In this document: piece after piece, positions 12,859 to 25,630 of the stretch
Layout: every line of letters begins with the position of its first letter
How positions within the stretch are numbered: the stretch's first letter is position 1
Assembly: GCF_030028105.1 (NCBI RefSeq)
Contig: NC_092400.1
Coordinates: forward strand, 30,586,206-30,650,205
DNA length: 64,000 nt
Source: Mobula birostris
Lineage: Eukaryota
Reading direction: 5' to 3'
Translations under genes and position numbers: made by a program
Notes under the pieces: generated by a model
Database searches by the model: none
Told to the model about the DNA's origin: nothing
The model's input: only the letters and a program-made list of their open reading frames with translations

Positions 12859-13889
12859 CCTAGGCAAGGGACTGGCAAACATGCAACTGTGTGCAGAAGA
12901 GGGAATTCATACTGGAACTTTCGAAAACTGTTATCACAATTCCATGCATAATGATGTAGGAAAGGGAGAAGTGAGGTAAGAGTAACACAGTGGGGAATAG
13001 TGACAGTTAAACTTCAATATTTGCTTCAGATAAAATAGGAAAGATGCAGAATAACTAATATAATAATTCCATTGTGTAAAAGTGTTGAATGTGAATTGGG
13101 GTTTTTGAATTTCATGTACACGGTTCAAATGCCACAATCAAACTTTGGTCAAGATACTTCATCTCTTACCAGGGTCTATAGAACTAGATGAAAGCAATCA
13201 CACAGAAATGCCAGTGTTCATGCATTTAGACGTTTATTAAAAAAATCATTTCAAATCATATTGGAAATTTCAACAATGAAAATTGCAAAATATTTAGAAC
13301 CTCAACTAATCTGATTTCATTAAATTTTAATGCTAAAATGAAAATAAAGATCCATTGGAAGAATACAGTAACTGAAGCAAACAATTCTTGAGGTCGTTAA
13401 GGTAAAGCAGTAAGTCATCTCCCCCTCCCCCATCAAACCCAATCTTTTAGTGGGATTTGTTTTAAAACATTGTAAACTGAAATTGAGTGAGATCCGTTTT
13501 GTGTGGGAAGTCAGACCATCGGATTGTGATCAGCCATTCGGAGTTATATTGATCTGAACAGGAGGTGCAGGTTGCCAGATTTCCTTTGATATTGTTAATA
13601 TCTGGCCTCTGCAAAACTGACAACCCATGTTTTCCAGGCTAAGAAGGCAACAAGGTGATAAGCGACAAACCTCGATGGGAATTTATGTCATCGTCCGACT
13701 GACACCCCATCAGTGCAACATTAATACGGAGCGGAAATCGGTCCTTTGTCCCACTTGTGAATGCCAGTGTGGAACGTAGCAGATAGACAGGATAATGTAA
13801 CAAAGTGCTAACGACAGAATATAGGAATGCAATAAAATACCTATAAATTATTTTTAATCACAGTTTTCTCAACCGTCCGCAGGAGTAAA

Positions 13890-14357
13890 TCAGCCTCCAC
13901 GTAGCCGGAGCAGCAGAGAGATGGTGGTTAGTGGTTTGATGTTGTACTCGGAGAGCAATCGCCCAACCTCCAACTGTTTGCCCTCGTAAACCAGGCGCTG
14001 CTGGTCGGGTCTGACCCCTTCCTGCCGATGGACCCGCGCTTTAAAATTCTGCACGGACTCAGAGGGCATCACGTCGTACGTCGAGGTTTTCCCCTTGTCA
14101 TTCAGGAGAAATATCTGCATTGATTCCTCTTTCCTGACCAGCAACATGACGGTGGGGCTGGGGCTGAGGTTGTAGTAGCTCAGACTTCTCTGGTCCTGCA
14201 TCTCCACGCTTTGGCCATTTTGCACCATCAGACGCTGTTGCAAAATGGGCACCTTGGTCTTTTCCTGGATTTTCATCTTGAGAGTCGACACTTGAATGGA
14301 AGGGTCGACATCAAGTTCGAAACCATCGCCGGTGATAAACCTCACCTGAAGTCTCAT
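13890..14357 (-). CDS. ISG15: ISG15-like di-ubiquitin protein, copy C (155 aa)
   Basis: Same as copy B except D131V and D137E. Ends in LRLRGG. Acceptor at 14369/14370, donor at 15725/15726. Confidence 0.93.
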   Translation of the reverse strand: MRLQVRFITGDGFELDVDPSIQVSTLKMKIQEKTKVPILQQRLMVQNGQSVEMQDQRSLSYYNLSPSPTVMLLVRKEESMQIFLLNDKGKTSTYDVMPSESVQNFKARVHRQEGVRPDQQRLVYEGKQLEVGRLLSEYNIKPLTTISLLLRLRGG

Positions 14358-15036
14358 CCTGTCAAATCGCTGTGGAGAAAGGAGAAGTGAATAGAGAGTT
14401 TTTACAACAGATGTGCATGAACTATGATGTATTAATATGGCATTGCCTATAATATCAACATAATTAGACTATTTACTAAGATCTGTAGACAAGCGGGAAA
14501 AGACAGACCCCTCTTTCCCCAGCAGTTCTGAATGTGCGACAGGAATTTTGAGCCGCAATACTGACAATTGACGGGAGAGGGACTCCGTGAGCCGGTGGGT
14601 TTAAACATTTTTGAACTTGATTGGATCAGCGGCAAAAAAATGTGTAAATGTTACTCATTGGAACCGTAGTAAATGTGCAACTTGTTTAGATTTCTAAGCC
14701 AGGACCATTCCAACCGCCGCTTAATAGGGAAAAAAATCACTTCTGTCACATCGTGTTAATGGTGTACCGGGGAGAGCATTCGGACTTGTTGCATCACCGT
14801 CTGATATGGAGGGGCCACGGCACAGGGTCAGAAAAAGCTGCTGAGGGTGGTAAACTCATCCAGCTCCATCATGGGCACCAACAGAGGGTATCTTCAAAAG
14901 GTGGTACCTCATGGAGAAGGCATCGATCATTCTGGGCCTGCAGGTCATGCCCGCTTCTCATTGCTACCATCAGTTGGAGCCTGAAGTCTCACGCTCAACG
15001 TTTTAGTAACAGATGAACTAATGAACAGTATTTTTG

Positions 15037-15078
<42 letters not shown>

Positions 15079-15994
15079 GTATATTTTGTGTGTGTGTGTG
15101 CGCGTGTGTGCATGCTATTATAATTTATATTATATGTCATGTACTGCATTGTACTGCCGCCCCAAATGCCAAATTTATCGATTTAAATTAGTGGTGATCA
15201 CCCGAATTCTGATTCTAAATCGATTCTGCTGCGAATGAACTCCATTTTACTTTCAACCAAACATTCACCCTCCACCCCCGCTTTCCTGCACAGAAAGTGT
15301 TCACTCCTGACCCAGACTTCCCGAGTCACTGAATTCACACGCAAATTATTGTCGTGACATGAACGAAGATGTCATGCACCGTTTTAACAAGACCGTCACT
15401 CTACATCAGCCGATTAATGGGTTTCACCGAACCGTGAGCCTATCAATCTGAGAAGCAGGAGTGGCCATTCGGCCTGCACCGCTATTCAATGATATCCCCG
15501 ATGATTCTTTACCTCGCCGCTAGTTGACAACAATTTGTCGCGTATCTATTGCCCCTTTCTGTAAAGTAAGTTTTCTACTAACTTGTTCTCGCCCCGCGTT
15601 TTGTCAGCGGTAGAGACTACATTTCCTGCCCGGTTCAGAGGATCTTAGTAATTTAAATTATATTGTCAATGTTGTAAACAGCTAGATAAAAATGAGAACT
15701 TTGAGATAATCAAATAAAGTCTTACAATTTTTGTCGACAGTACCGGAAGTCAGGACGAATCTGAAGAAAATCTGATCCGCAGCTTTTTTTCTTTGCCCCT
15801 TATTCTGCACCGACTTTCAGCTCCGGTCCGGGTAAATCAATAGAAATTCTCCGGCTGCTGCTGATCGGTATCCCTGCTCCCGCAACTCTGAGTCTCTCCG
15901 CCTCCCCCGGCTCGCTTTATCTTCTGCTCCAGTTTCTGAACGTCACCGCGCCGCTGGGCCGATCTCACGGCCCGCTGTCGCTGTGTTGACAAAC

Positions 15995-16105
15995 AAACTA
16001 ATCAGGTTCCAGCCGAAGTTTCGTTTCCGAAAAATTCCCCGCAGTGAGTTGGAAACGTATTCGCCCTGTTACAGGGTTCAACGCTATCGGCTGATTCACT
16101 TTCGG
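15995..16105 (-). promoter_or_regulatory. ISG15 copy C promoter: ISRE (16017-16028), kB-like site (16030-16040), CCAAT changed to CTAAT
   Basis: Same cluster as A and B, but reading aaaCTAATcag at 15998-16002. Confidence 0.75.
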
Positions 16106-18741
16106 ATTCCGTTCTGGTGTCAGCATTTGCAACAATAACACAGGCACAGGGAAGCCGAGAATGTGAAGCCCGATCTTGACCGAAAAATAACCTGAAACAT
16201 GTCACCGCTGAATACATTAATCTGGTTCATTCAGTGACAACCTAAGTGATAAGATGCTCGAATCCACCCAAACAATACAACACAACTGTGCCCAATCCAC
16301 ATCACCTCTATTTCCCCATCTTTCTTGCCCATCTCCCCGTGGGCAGACAGCCGTTGTGTTACCCCGTTTCCCGAGCTTCACCCCATCCAGCATATCAATC
16401 TTTTCAACGTCCACCATCTCCACCGTGATTCCATCATTTGTAACACGTTCTGCTCAGCACCTCTTTCTGTTTTCGGCATGGACCCCTCGGTCCGTGGCTC
16501 ACAGGTCCTCAGATCCCTCCCCCCACCCCACCTCCCCCACCCCCACCAGCGAAACTTCATAGGATGTGTTGCAGCTGACCTCTCCAATGGTCAGCCCGCC
16601 TCCATCACCCACCAGGTCCCTACAGAGAGACCCAGGAGATCATACAGACGCCAGGAATCTTGAAGAGCAGTCAAAATAGTTGGGGGAACTCTGGAGGTCA
16701 GGCAGCATCAATGGAGGGAAATGAACATCCATAATTCACTCGAGATCCTTCATCAGGATTGGAAAGAAAGGGGGCTGAAGCCAGAATAAGGAGGAGGGAT
16801 GAGAGAGAGGTGGAGTATAAATTAGTGAGGGGGAGAATGGATGGGTGTGGGAGTGGGGATGATGTGAGAAGATGGGAGGTGTAGGTGTAAGCGCTAAGGG
16901 GCTGAAGAAGAAGGAATCTGATTGGAAAGGACAGGAGACCATGGAAGGAGATGGGGATCCTGGGAGGGTCATGAGGGTGGGGGAGGAAAGAGGTGAGGGG
17001 ATCACCAAAATAGGAAAAAAAATAAAGGGAGCGTGTTGACCAGAGGTCAGAGGTTAATGCCGTCAGGCTAAAGACTACTCAGACTGAGTATGAGATATTG
17101 CCTCTCCCAGATTGTGTTTGGCTTCATCGTGGCAGTGTCCTAAACTGCCCTTCCAGGTGAGGCGGACATTCACGTGCACCTCCCTTGGCTTTCTTTATTG
17201 TAGCAACTGCTTCTGATGTGGTGTCCTCTATATTGGTGAGACCAGGTGGAAATTAGACTGGGAATCTCTTATCAGATTCCATCATCTGCAGCTCTTTATC
17301 ACCTCCACCCATCACTTCCCAGCTTCTGTCCCCATGTCCACTCTCCCTCCTCTATCCACCTATCATCCCTTCTCACCTGGATCCTTCTGGTGTTTAGGAC
17401 AGCAATAAAGGACCTCCATCTCCATCTGGACACAAGGTTTCTTCATTGCTGTTTCTGTGACAATTATTTTTTGACCAGTCACTGCTCTTATCCATGAGCT
17501 GAACACCTGAACCTGGAGATGTGGTGGTCCACTGTTAGAGTGCCCTCTGTTAGAGTGAATTTTTTTGGATAGATGATTTGTTTACACTTAAATGACTTTT
17601 GCCACCAGACTTCTATTTGACAAAGTACTGTGGATTGAGTCCACAACAATGCGCTTCCTAAGAAGGTGTGAATACCAGATGCTTCTGGTGCCATAGCTTG
17701 ACCAGATGCTGTAGTTTCAAAGACAGTATTATCTGTACTTTATGAATATTAATTGTCTTGTATGGTAGCACGTAAAATGCCAAATAAGTGTATTGTGGAT
17801 TTAACTAAAGGCTGTGGATACCAACCCAGACATGTTGGTGTCGGAAGGAAAGGATGAAATCCGAAGATGTGATGTTTGTATGTAGCTTCATAAGGAAGCA
17901 TTGTCTATAACTTTTTAGGTAGTGATGGCCTTTGATAGCATATAAATATCTGAACCCACATTGGACTAGCAGACCTTTCTACCGGAAGCGTCTCCGTCCA
18001 TATGATGCCTGCTTGTTGTGTCGAATGTCGAATAAAGAAGCTGGTTTGAATCTACCAGTGACTCTGACTCTCCAGTAATGTCATCCACGCTACAACACCC
18101 TCTACCCTTTGACCTGTTTGGCACACGTGACCCTACCAAGAGCCAAAGCAAAAGGCTCTGACTCCAGGCAACATAACTCTCTGGGTCATTGAGGCACACA
18201 AGCCTCCAAGTCCTATGACAAGGTAGTGATCCTCTTGGAATAGATTCACCTGAGCAATCATTAACTATTTGAGAGGTCAGGTGCACATTGCTAATGCTCA
18301 GTGTAAGCATACTAAAAATTGTGGAATCATATAATTTGTTTAAGTTAATATGTAGAATTATCTTCTGGCATGTGTTAATGCCTTAATTATTATCTTTGGG
18401 ACTCAGCACAAAATTGAAAAGATGTTAAACCATCAATTTACACCTAAATCTTAAAATGCACAGACTCATTGATAGATTTGTTTCCTTCGCCTCTTCTTGA
18501 TCCTGCAGGAGTCTATTAAAGTTCTTAAAGTAAAATTCTAGGACAATTAAAGGACAATTTGGAAACCTTTATTCAGGGCTACAGCAATTAATTATTCAGG
18601 TTTTAAATGACAAAAGGATCAATTCCACCTCGCTGCATCAGCAAAATTGGAGGTGAGTTTAAATTCAGAACCTTAATACCATCCGCCCCAATCAAAGGTG
18701 GTTCCATTTCAATTAAGATCAATATCTTAAGACAATAATAA

Positions 18742-19576
18742 GACAATAACCTATCCCTCAGCGTCAGCAAGACGAAGGAGTTGGTTGTTGACTTCAGAAG
18801 GAGTAGTGGACCACACAACCCAATTTACATCGGTGGTGTGCAAGTGGAACAGGTCAAAAGCTTTAAGTTCCTCAGGGTCAATATCACAAATGACCTGACT
18901 TGGTCTAACCAAGCAGAGTTCACTGCCAAGAAGGCCCACCAGTGCCTTTACTTCCTGAGAAAACTAAAGAAATTTGGCCTGTCCCCTAAAACCCTCACTA
19001 ATTTTTATAGATGCACCGTAGAAAGCATTCTTCTAGGGTGCACCACAACCTGGTATGGAAGTTGTCCTGTCGAAGACTGAAAGAAGCTGCGGAAGATCGT
19101 GAACATGGCGCAGCACATCACACAAACCAATCTTCCGTCCGTGGACTCACTGTACACTGCACGCTGTCGGAGAAGTGCTGCCAGGATAATCAAGGACACC
19201 ACCCACCCAGCCAACAGACTTTTTGTCCCTCTTCCCTCTGGGAGAAGGCTCAGGAGCTTGAAGACTCATATGGCCAAATTTGGGTACAGCTTCTTTTCTA
19301 CTGTGATAAGACTGCTGAACGGATCCTGAGCCGGATCTGGGCCGTACCCTCCAAATATCCGGACCTGCCTCTCAGTTTTTCTGCACTACCTTACATTCCA
19401 TTTGTCTATTTTATATTTATGATTTATAATTTAAATTTTTAATATTTACTAATTTTAACTATTTTTAATATTTAATATTTGTAATCCAGGGAGTGTGAAG
19501 TGCAGATTCAAATATCGCTGTGATGATTGTACATTCTAGTACTAGTTGTTTGGTGACAATAAAGTGTAAAGTATAT
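18742..19576 (+). mobile_element. Rex1/Babar-type LINE 3' fragment (older paralog in the tandem unit)
   Basis: Same position and motifs as 5308-6137, with substitutions. Confidence 0.8.
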
Positions 19577-19689
19577 CCTAGGCAAGGGGCTGGCAAACAT
19601 GCAAATGCGTGCAGAAGAGGGAATTCATACTGGAACTTTCGAAAACTGTTATCACAATTCCATGCATAATGATGTAGGAAAGGGAGAAG

Positions 19690-21543
19690 CCTTGGCAGTC
19701 AAAGTGAAGGATAATCCAAAGAGCTTTTACAAGTATATTAAGAGCAAAAGGATTGTAAGGGATAAAATTGGTCCTCTTGAAGATCAGAGTGGTCAGCTTT
19801 GTGCGGAACCAAAGGAAATGGGGGAGATCTTAAATAGGTTTTTTGCGTCTGTATTTACTAAGGTAGCTGGCATGAAATCTATGGAATTGAGGGAATCAAG
19901 TAGTGAGACCATGGAAAGTGTACAGATTAAAAAGGAGGAGGTGCTTGCTGTCTTGAGGAATATTAAAGTGGAGAAATCCCCAGGACCTGACAGAGTGTTC
20001 CCTCGGACCTTGAAGGAGACTAGTGTTGAAATTGCGGGGGCCCTGGCAGAAATATTTAAAATGTCGCTGTCTACGGGTGAAGTGCCGGAGGATTGGAGAG
20101 TGGCTCATGTTGTTCCGTAGTTTAAAAAAGGATCAAAAAGTAATCCGGGAAATTATAGGCCGGTGAGTTTAACGTCAGTAGTAGGTAAGTTATTGGAGGG
20201 AGTACTAAGAGACAGAATCTACAAGCATTTGGATAGACAGGGGCTTATTAGGGAGAGTCAACATGGCTTTGTGCGTGGTAGGTCATGTTTGGCCAATCTG
20301 TTGGAGTTTTTTGAGGAGGTTACCAGGAAAGTGGATGAAGGGAAGGCAGTGGATATTGTCTTCATGGACTTCAGTAAGGCCTTTGACAAGGTCCCGCATG
20401 AGAGGTTAGTTAGGAAAATTCAGTCGCTAGGTATACATGGAGAGGTGATAAATTGGATTAGACATTGGCTCGATGGAAGAAGCCAGAGAGTGGTGGTAGA
20501 GAATTGCTTCTCTGAGTGGAGGCCTGTGACTAGTGGTGTGCCACAGGGATCAGTGCTGGGCCCATTGTTATTTGTCATCTATATCAATGAGCTGGATGAT
20601 AATGTGGTAAATTGGATCAGCAAGTTTGCTGATGATACAAAGATTGGAGGTGTAGTAGACAGTGAGGAAGGTTTTCAGAGCCTGCAGAGGGACTTGGACC
20701 AGCTGGAAAAATGGGCTGAAAAATGGCAGATGGAGTTTAATACTGACAAGTGTGAGGTATTGCACGTTGGAAGGACAAACCAAGGTAGAACATACAGGGT
20801 TAATGATAAGGCACTGAGGAGTGCAGTGGAACAGAGGGATCTGGGAATACAGATCCAAAATTCACTAAAAGTGTTGTCCCAGGTAGATAGGGTCGTAAAG
20901 AGAGCTTTTGGTACATTGGCCTTTATTAATCGAAGTATTGAGTATAAGAGCTGGGATGTTATGATGAGGTTGTATAAGGCATTGGTGAGGCCGAATCTGG
21001 AGTATTGTGTTCAGTTTTGGTCACCAAATTACAGGAAGGATATAAATAAGGTTGAAAGAGTGCAGAGAAGGTTTACAAGGATGTTGCCGGGACTTGAGAA
21101 ACTCAGTTACAGAGAAAGGTTGAATAGGTTAGGACTTTATTCCCTGGAGCGTAGAAGAATGAAGGGAGATTTGATAGAGGTATATAAAATTATGATGGGT
21201 ATAGATAGAGTGAATGCAAGCAGGCTTTTTCACTGAGGCAAAGGGAGAAAAAAACCAGAGGACATGGGTTAAGGGTGAGGGGGGAAAAGTTTAAAGGGAA
21301 CATTAGGGGGGGCTTCTTCACACAGAAAGTGGTGGGAGTATGGAATGAGCTGCCAGACGAGGTGGTAAATGCCGGTTCTTTTGTAACATTTAAGAATAAA
21401 TTGCACAGGTACATGGATGGGAGGTGTATGGAGGGATATGGTCCGTGTGCAGGTCAGTGGGACTAGGCAGAAAATGGTTCGGCACAGCCAAGAAGGGCCA
21501 AAAGGCCTGTTTCTGTGCTGTAGTTTCTATGGTTTCTACGGTT
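19690..21543 (+). mobile_element. 5'-truncated CR1 LINE (RT domain, inactivated)
   Basis: Motifs KSPGPD, QHGF, DFSKAFDKV, GVPQGSVLGPLLF, KFADD. Stops at 20118 and 21234. The empty site GGAGAAG|TGAGG is visible at ~6250. AAG is duplicated. Confidence 0.95.
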
Positions 21544-22493
21544 AAGTGAGGTAAAAGTAACACAGTGGGGAATAGTGACAGTTAAACTTCAATATTTGCT
21601 TTGGAAAAAATAGGAAAGAATGCAGAATAGCTAACATAATGATTCCATTGGGTAAAGTGTTGAATGTGAATTGGGGTTTTTGAGAATCTTGTGCATGGTT
21701 CAAACACCACAATCAAACTTTGGTCAAGATACTTCATCTCTTACCAGGGTCTATAGAACTAGATGAAAGCAATCACACAGAAATGCCAGTGTTCATACAT
21801 TTAGACTTTTATTTAAAAAAATCATTTCAAGTCATATTGGAAATTTCAACAATGAAAATTTCAAAACATTTAGAACTTCAACTAATCTGATTTCATTAAA
21901 TTTTAATGCTAAAATGAAAATAAAGATCATTGGAAGAACACAGTAACTGAAGCAAACAATTTTTGAGCTCGTTAAGGTAAAGCAGTAAGTCATCTCCCCC
22001 TCCCCCATCAAACCCAATCTTTTTAGTGGGATTTGTTTTAAAACATTGTAAATTGAAATTGCCACAGCAGTTATTTCTGGGTCTCTGAGTGAGACCCATT
22101 TTATGTGGGAAGTCATAGACCATCAGATTGTGATCAGCCATTCGGAGTTACATTGATCTGAAGAGGAGGTGCAGGTTGCCAGAGTTCCTTTGATATTGTT
22201 AATATCTGGCCTCTGCAAAATTGACAACCCATGTTTTCCAGGCTGAGAAGGCAACAAGGTGATAAGCAACAAACCTCGATGGGAATTTATGTCATTGTCC
22301 GACAGACACCCCATCAGCACAGCATTAATACACAGCGGAAATCGGTCCTTTGTCCAACTTGTGAATGCCAGTGTGGAACGTAGCAGATAGACAGGATAAT
22401 GTAACAAAGTGCTAACGACAGAATATAGGAATGCAATAAAATACCAATAAATTATTTTTAATCACAGTTTTCTCAACCGTCTGCAGGAGTAAA

Positions 22494-22961
22494 TCAGCCT
22501 CCACGTAGCCGGAGCAGCAGAGAGATGGTGGTTCGTGGTCTGATGTTGTAGTCGGAGAGCAATCGCCCATCCTCCAACTGTTTGCCCTCGTAAACCAGGC
22601 GCTGCTGGTCGGGTCTGACCCCCTCCTGCCGATGGACCCGCTCTTTAAACTTCTGCACGGACTCAGAGGGCATCACGTCGTACGTCGAGGTTTTCCCCTT
22701 GTCATTCAGGAGAAATATCTGCATGGATTCCTCTTTCCTGACCAGCAACATGATGGTGGGGCTGGGGTTGAGGTTGTAGTAGCTCAGACTTCTCTGGTCC
22801 TGCATCTCCACGCTTTGGCCATTTTGCACCATCAGACGCTGTTGCAAAATGGGCACCTTGGTCTTTTCCTGGATTTTCATCTTGAGAGTCGACACTTGAA
22901 TGGCAGGGTCGACAGCAAGTTCAAAACCATCACCGGTGATAAACCTCACCTGAAGTCTCAT
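22494..22961 (-). CDS. ISG15: ISG15-like di-ubiquitin protein, copy D (155 aa)
   Basis: Intact ORF, about 8 aa different from copy B, ending in LRLRGG. Acceptor at 22973/22974. Confidence 0.93.
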   Translation of the reverse strand: MRLQVRFITGDGFELAVDPAIQVSTLKMKIQEKTKVPILQQRLMVQNGQSVEMQDQRSLSYYNLNPSPTIMLLVRKEESMQIFLLNDKGKTSTYDVMPSESVQKFKERVHRQEGVRPDQQRLVYEGKQLEDGRLLSDYNIRPRTTISLLLRLRGG

Positions 22962-24587
22962 CTTGTTAAATCGCTGTGGAGAAAGGAGAAGTGATTAGAG
23001 AGTTTTTACACCAGATGTGCATGAACTATGATGCATTAATATGGCATTGCCTATAATATCAACACAATTAGACTACTTACTAAGATCTGTAGACAAGCGG
23101 GAAAAGACAGACCCCTCTGTCCCTAGCAGTTCTAAGTGTGTGACAGGAATTTTGAGCCGCAATACTGACAACTTAAGGGGGAGGGACTGCGTGAGCCGGT
23201 AAACTTAAACATTTTTGAATGTAATCCGATCAGCGGCAAACAAATGTGTAAGTGACATTTGTAAATGCACATGTGTAAATGTGCAACTTGTTTAGATTTC
23301 TAAGCCAGGGCCATTCCAACCGCCGCTTAATAGGAAAAAAATCACTTTTGTCATATCGCTTTAATGGTGTACCGGGGAGAGGATTCGAACTTGTTGCATC
23401 ATCGTCTGATATGGAGAAGCCACGACAAAGGGTCAGAAAAAGCTGTGGAGGGTGGTAAACTCATCCAGCTCCATCATGGGCACCAACAGAGGGTATCTTC
23501 AAAAGGTGATGCCTGAAGGAGAAGGCATCCATCAGTATGGGCCTGCCGGTCATGCCCGCTTCTCATTGCTACCATCAGCGAGGAGTCTGAAGCCTCACGC
23601 TCAGCGTTTTAGGAACACATGAACTAATGAACAGTATTTTCGCTACACACACACGTATATATACTGTATCTATATGTGTGTGAGTGTGTTATTATACTTT
23701 ATATCATATGCTCTGTACTGCACTGTGCTGCCGCCACAAGCTGCCAAGTTTATCGATGTAAGTTAGTGGTGATCACCCCAATTCGGATTCTAAATCGATT
23801 CTGCTGAGAATAAACTCCATTTGACTTTCAAACAAACATTCACCACAATTCCCCCCCCCCCGCTCTCCTGCACAGAAAGTGGTCACTTCCGACCCAGACT
23901 TCCCGAGTCACTCATTTCACACGCAATTTATTGTCATGACATAAGCGAAGATTTCATGCACCGTTTTAACAAGACCGTCACTCTACATCAGCCGATTAAC
24001 GGGTTTCACCGAACCCTGAGCCGATCAATCTGAGAAGCAGGAATGGTCATTCGGCCTGCACCGCTATTCAATGATATCACGGATGCTCTTTTCCCTCGCC
24101 GATAGTTGCCAACATTTGTAGCATATCTATTGCCCCTTTCTGCAAAGTTACAAACGTTTGTAATTTTCTACTAACTTGTTCTCGCCCCGCGTTTTGTCAA
24201 CCTTAGAGACTACATTTCCCACCCGGTTCAGAGGATCTTAGTAAGTTAAATTATATTGTCAATGCTGTAAACAGCTAGATAAAAATGAGAACTTTGAGAT
24301 AATCAAATAAAGTCTACAATTTTTGTCGACAGTACCGGAAGTCAGGACGAATCTGAAGAAAATCTGATCCGCAGCTTTTTTTCTTTGCCCTTTATTCCGC
24401 ACCGACTTTCAGCTCCGGTCCGGGTAAATCAATAGAAATTCTCCGGCTGCTGCTGATCGGTATCCCTGCTCCCGCAACTCTGAGTCTCTCCGCCTCCCCC
24501 GGCTCGCTTTATCTTCTGCTCCCGTTTCTGAACGTCACCGCGCCGCTGGGCTGATCTCACGGCCCGCTGTCGCTGTGTTGACAAACA

Positions 24588-24697
24588 AACCAATCAGGTT
24601 CCAGCCGAAGTTTCGTTTCCGAAAAATTCCCCGCAGTGAATTGGAAAAGCCTGCGCCCTGTTACAGGGTTCAACGCTATCGGCTGTTTCACTTTCGG
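24588..24697 (-). promoter_or_regulatory. ISG15 copy D promoter: CCAAT box, ISRE (24609-24620), kB-like site (24622-24632), second ISRE/IRF-E (24685-24695)
   Basis: AGTTTCGTTTCC and GTTTCACTTTC (GAAAGTGAAAC on the minus strand). Confidence 0.78.
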
Positions 24698-25630
24698 ATT
24701 CCGGGAATGACACAACAGCTGGAAGCCGAGAATGCGAAGCCGGATCTGGACTGAATATAACCTTAAACGTGTCATCTCTGAATACAATTACGTGGTTCAT
24801 GAAATGACTACGTAAGTGATAAAATGTAACACAAGAAAACAATTGTGCTCCATCCACAGCACCTCTATTTCCCCATCTCTGTCGCCCATCTCCCCGAGGA
24901 CAGAACCGAAACAGTGTTTACCCCCGGACCTTAAGCTTCACCCCATCTATGCTTTGTGACGTGCACCATCTCCAACGTGAGCCCAGCACCTGCCGTACAT
25001 CCCGCTCTCCACTTCTTTCTGCTTTCGGCATGGAGCCCTCTCTCTGAGACTCCCTGGTCCTCACATCTCTCTTGCTCCTGCCCACCTGCACTTTGTAACG
25101 GTAGGATGTGTTACAGTTGACCTCACCAGTGCTCACCCAGCCCCCATCACCAACCAGGGCCTCAAATAAGGAAACCCAAAGGAATTCTACAAATGCTGGG
25201 AATCTTGAAGAAAACACAAAAGATGTTGGGGGGGGGGGAACTCAGGAGGTCGGTTAACATCAAAGGAGGGAAATGAACAGTCCATGATTCAGTCCAGATC
25301 CTTCATCAGGATTGCACAGGAAACCAGATTAAGAAGAGAGGGGTAGGAATGGGGAGGAGGGGGTATAAATTGGTGAGGAGGAGACTGGATGGGTGTGGGA
25401 GTGGGGATGATGTGAGAAGCTGGGAGGTGATAGCTGGAAGAAGTATGGGGCTGAAGAAGAAGAAGAAATCTGATAGGAAAGGACAGTGGACCATGGAAGT
25501 AGATGGGGAACCACAGAGGTGATGGGCAGGTCATGTGGGTGGGGGAGGAAAGTGGTGAGAGGATTACTAAACTGGGGAAAACAACTAAAGGGGGGGAACC
25601 ACAGGGGAGTGGGTACCTACCAGAAGTTAG

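Larger units (their letters stand above)
5200..18634. repeat. Near-identical ~6.72 kb tandem duplication (units ~5200-11920 and ~11921-18634), each with one ISG15 gene
   Basis: Sequence and ORF track repeat with offsets of 6721 and 6713. Older, more diverged units flank it on both sides. Confidence 0.93.

Noticed and set aside
19599-20120. Chimeric ORF starting in flanking DNA and entering CR1 in frame
   Set aside because: Chance fusion at the insertion junction. It is stopped at 20118 and has no promoter or splice support.
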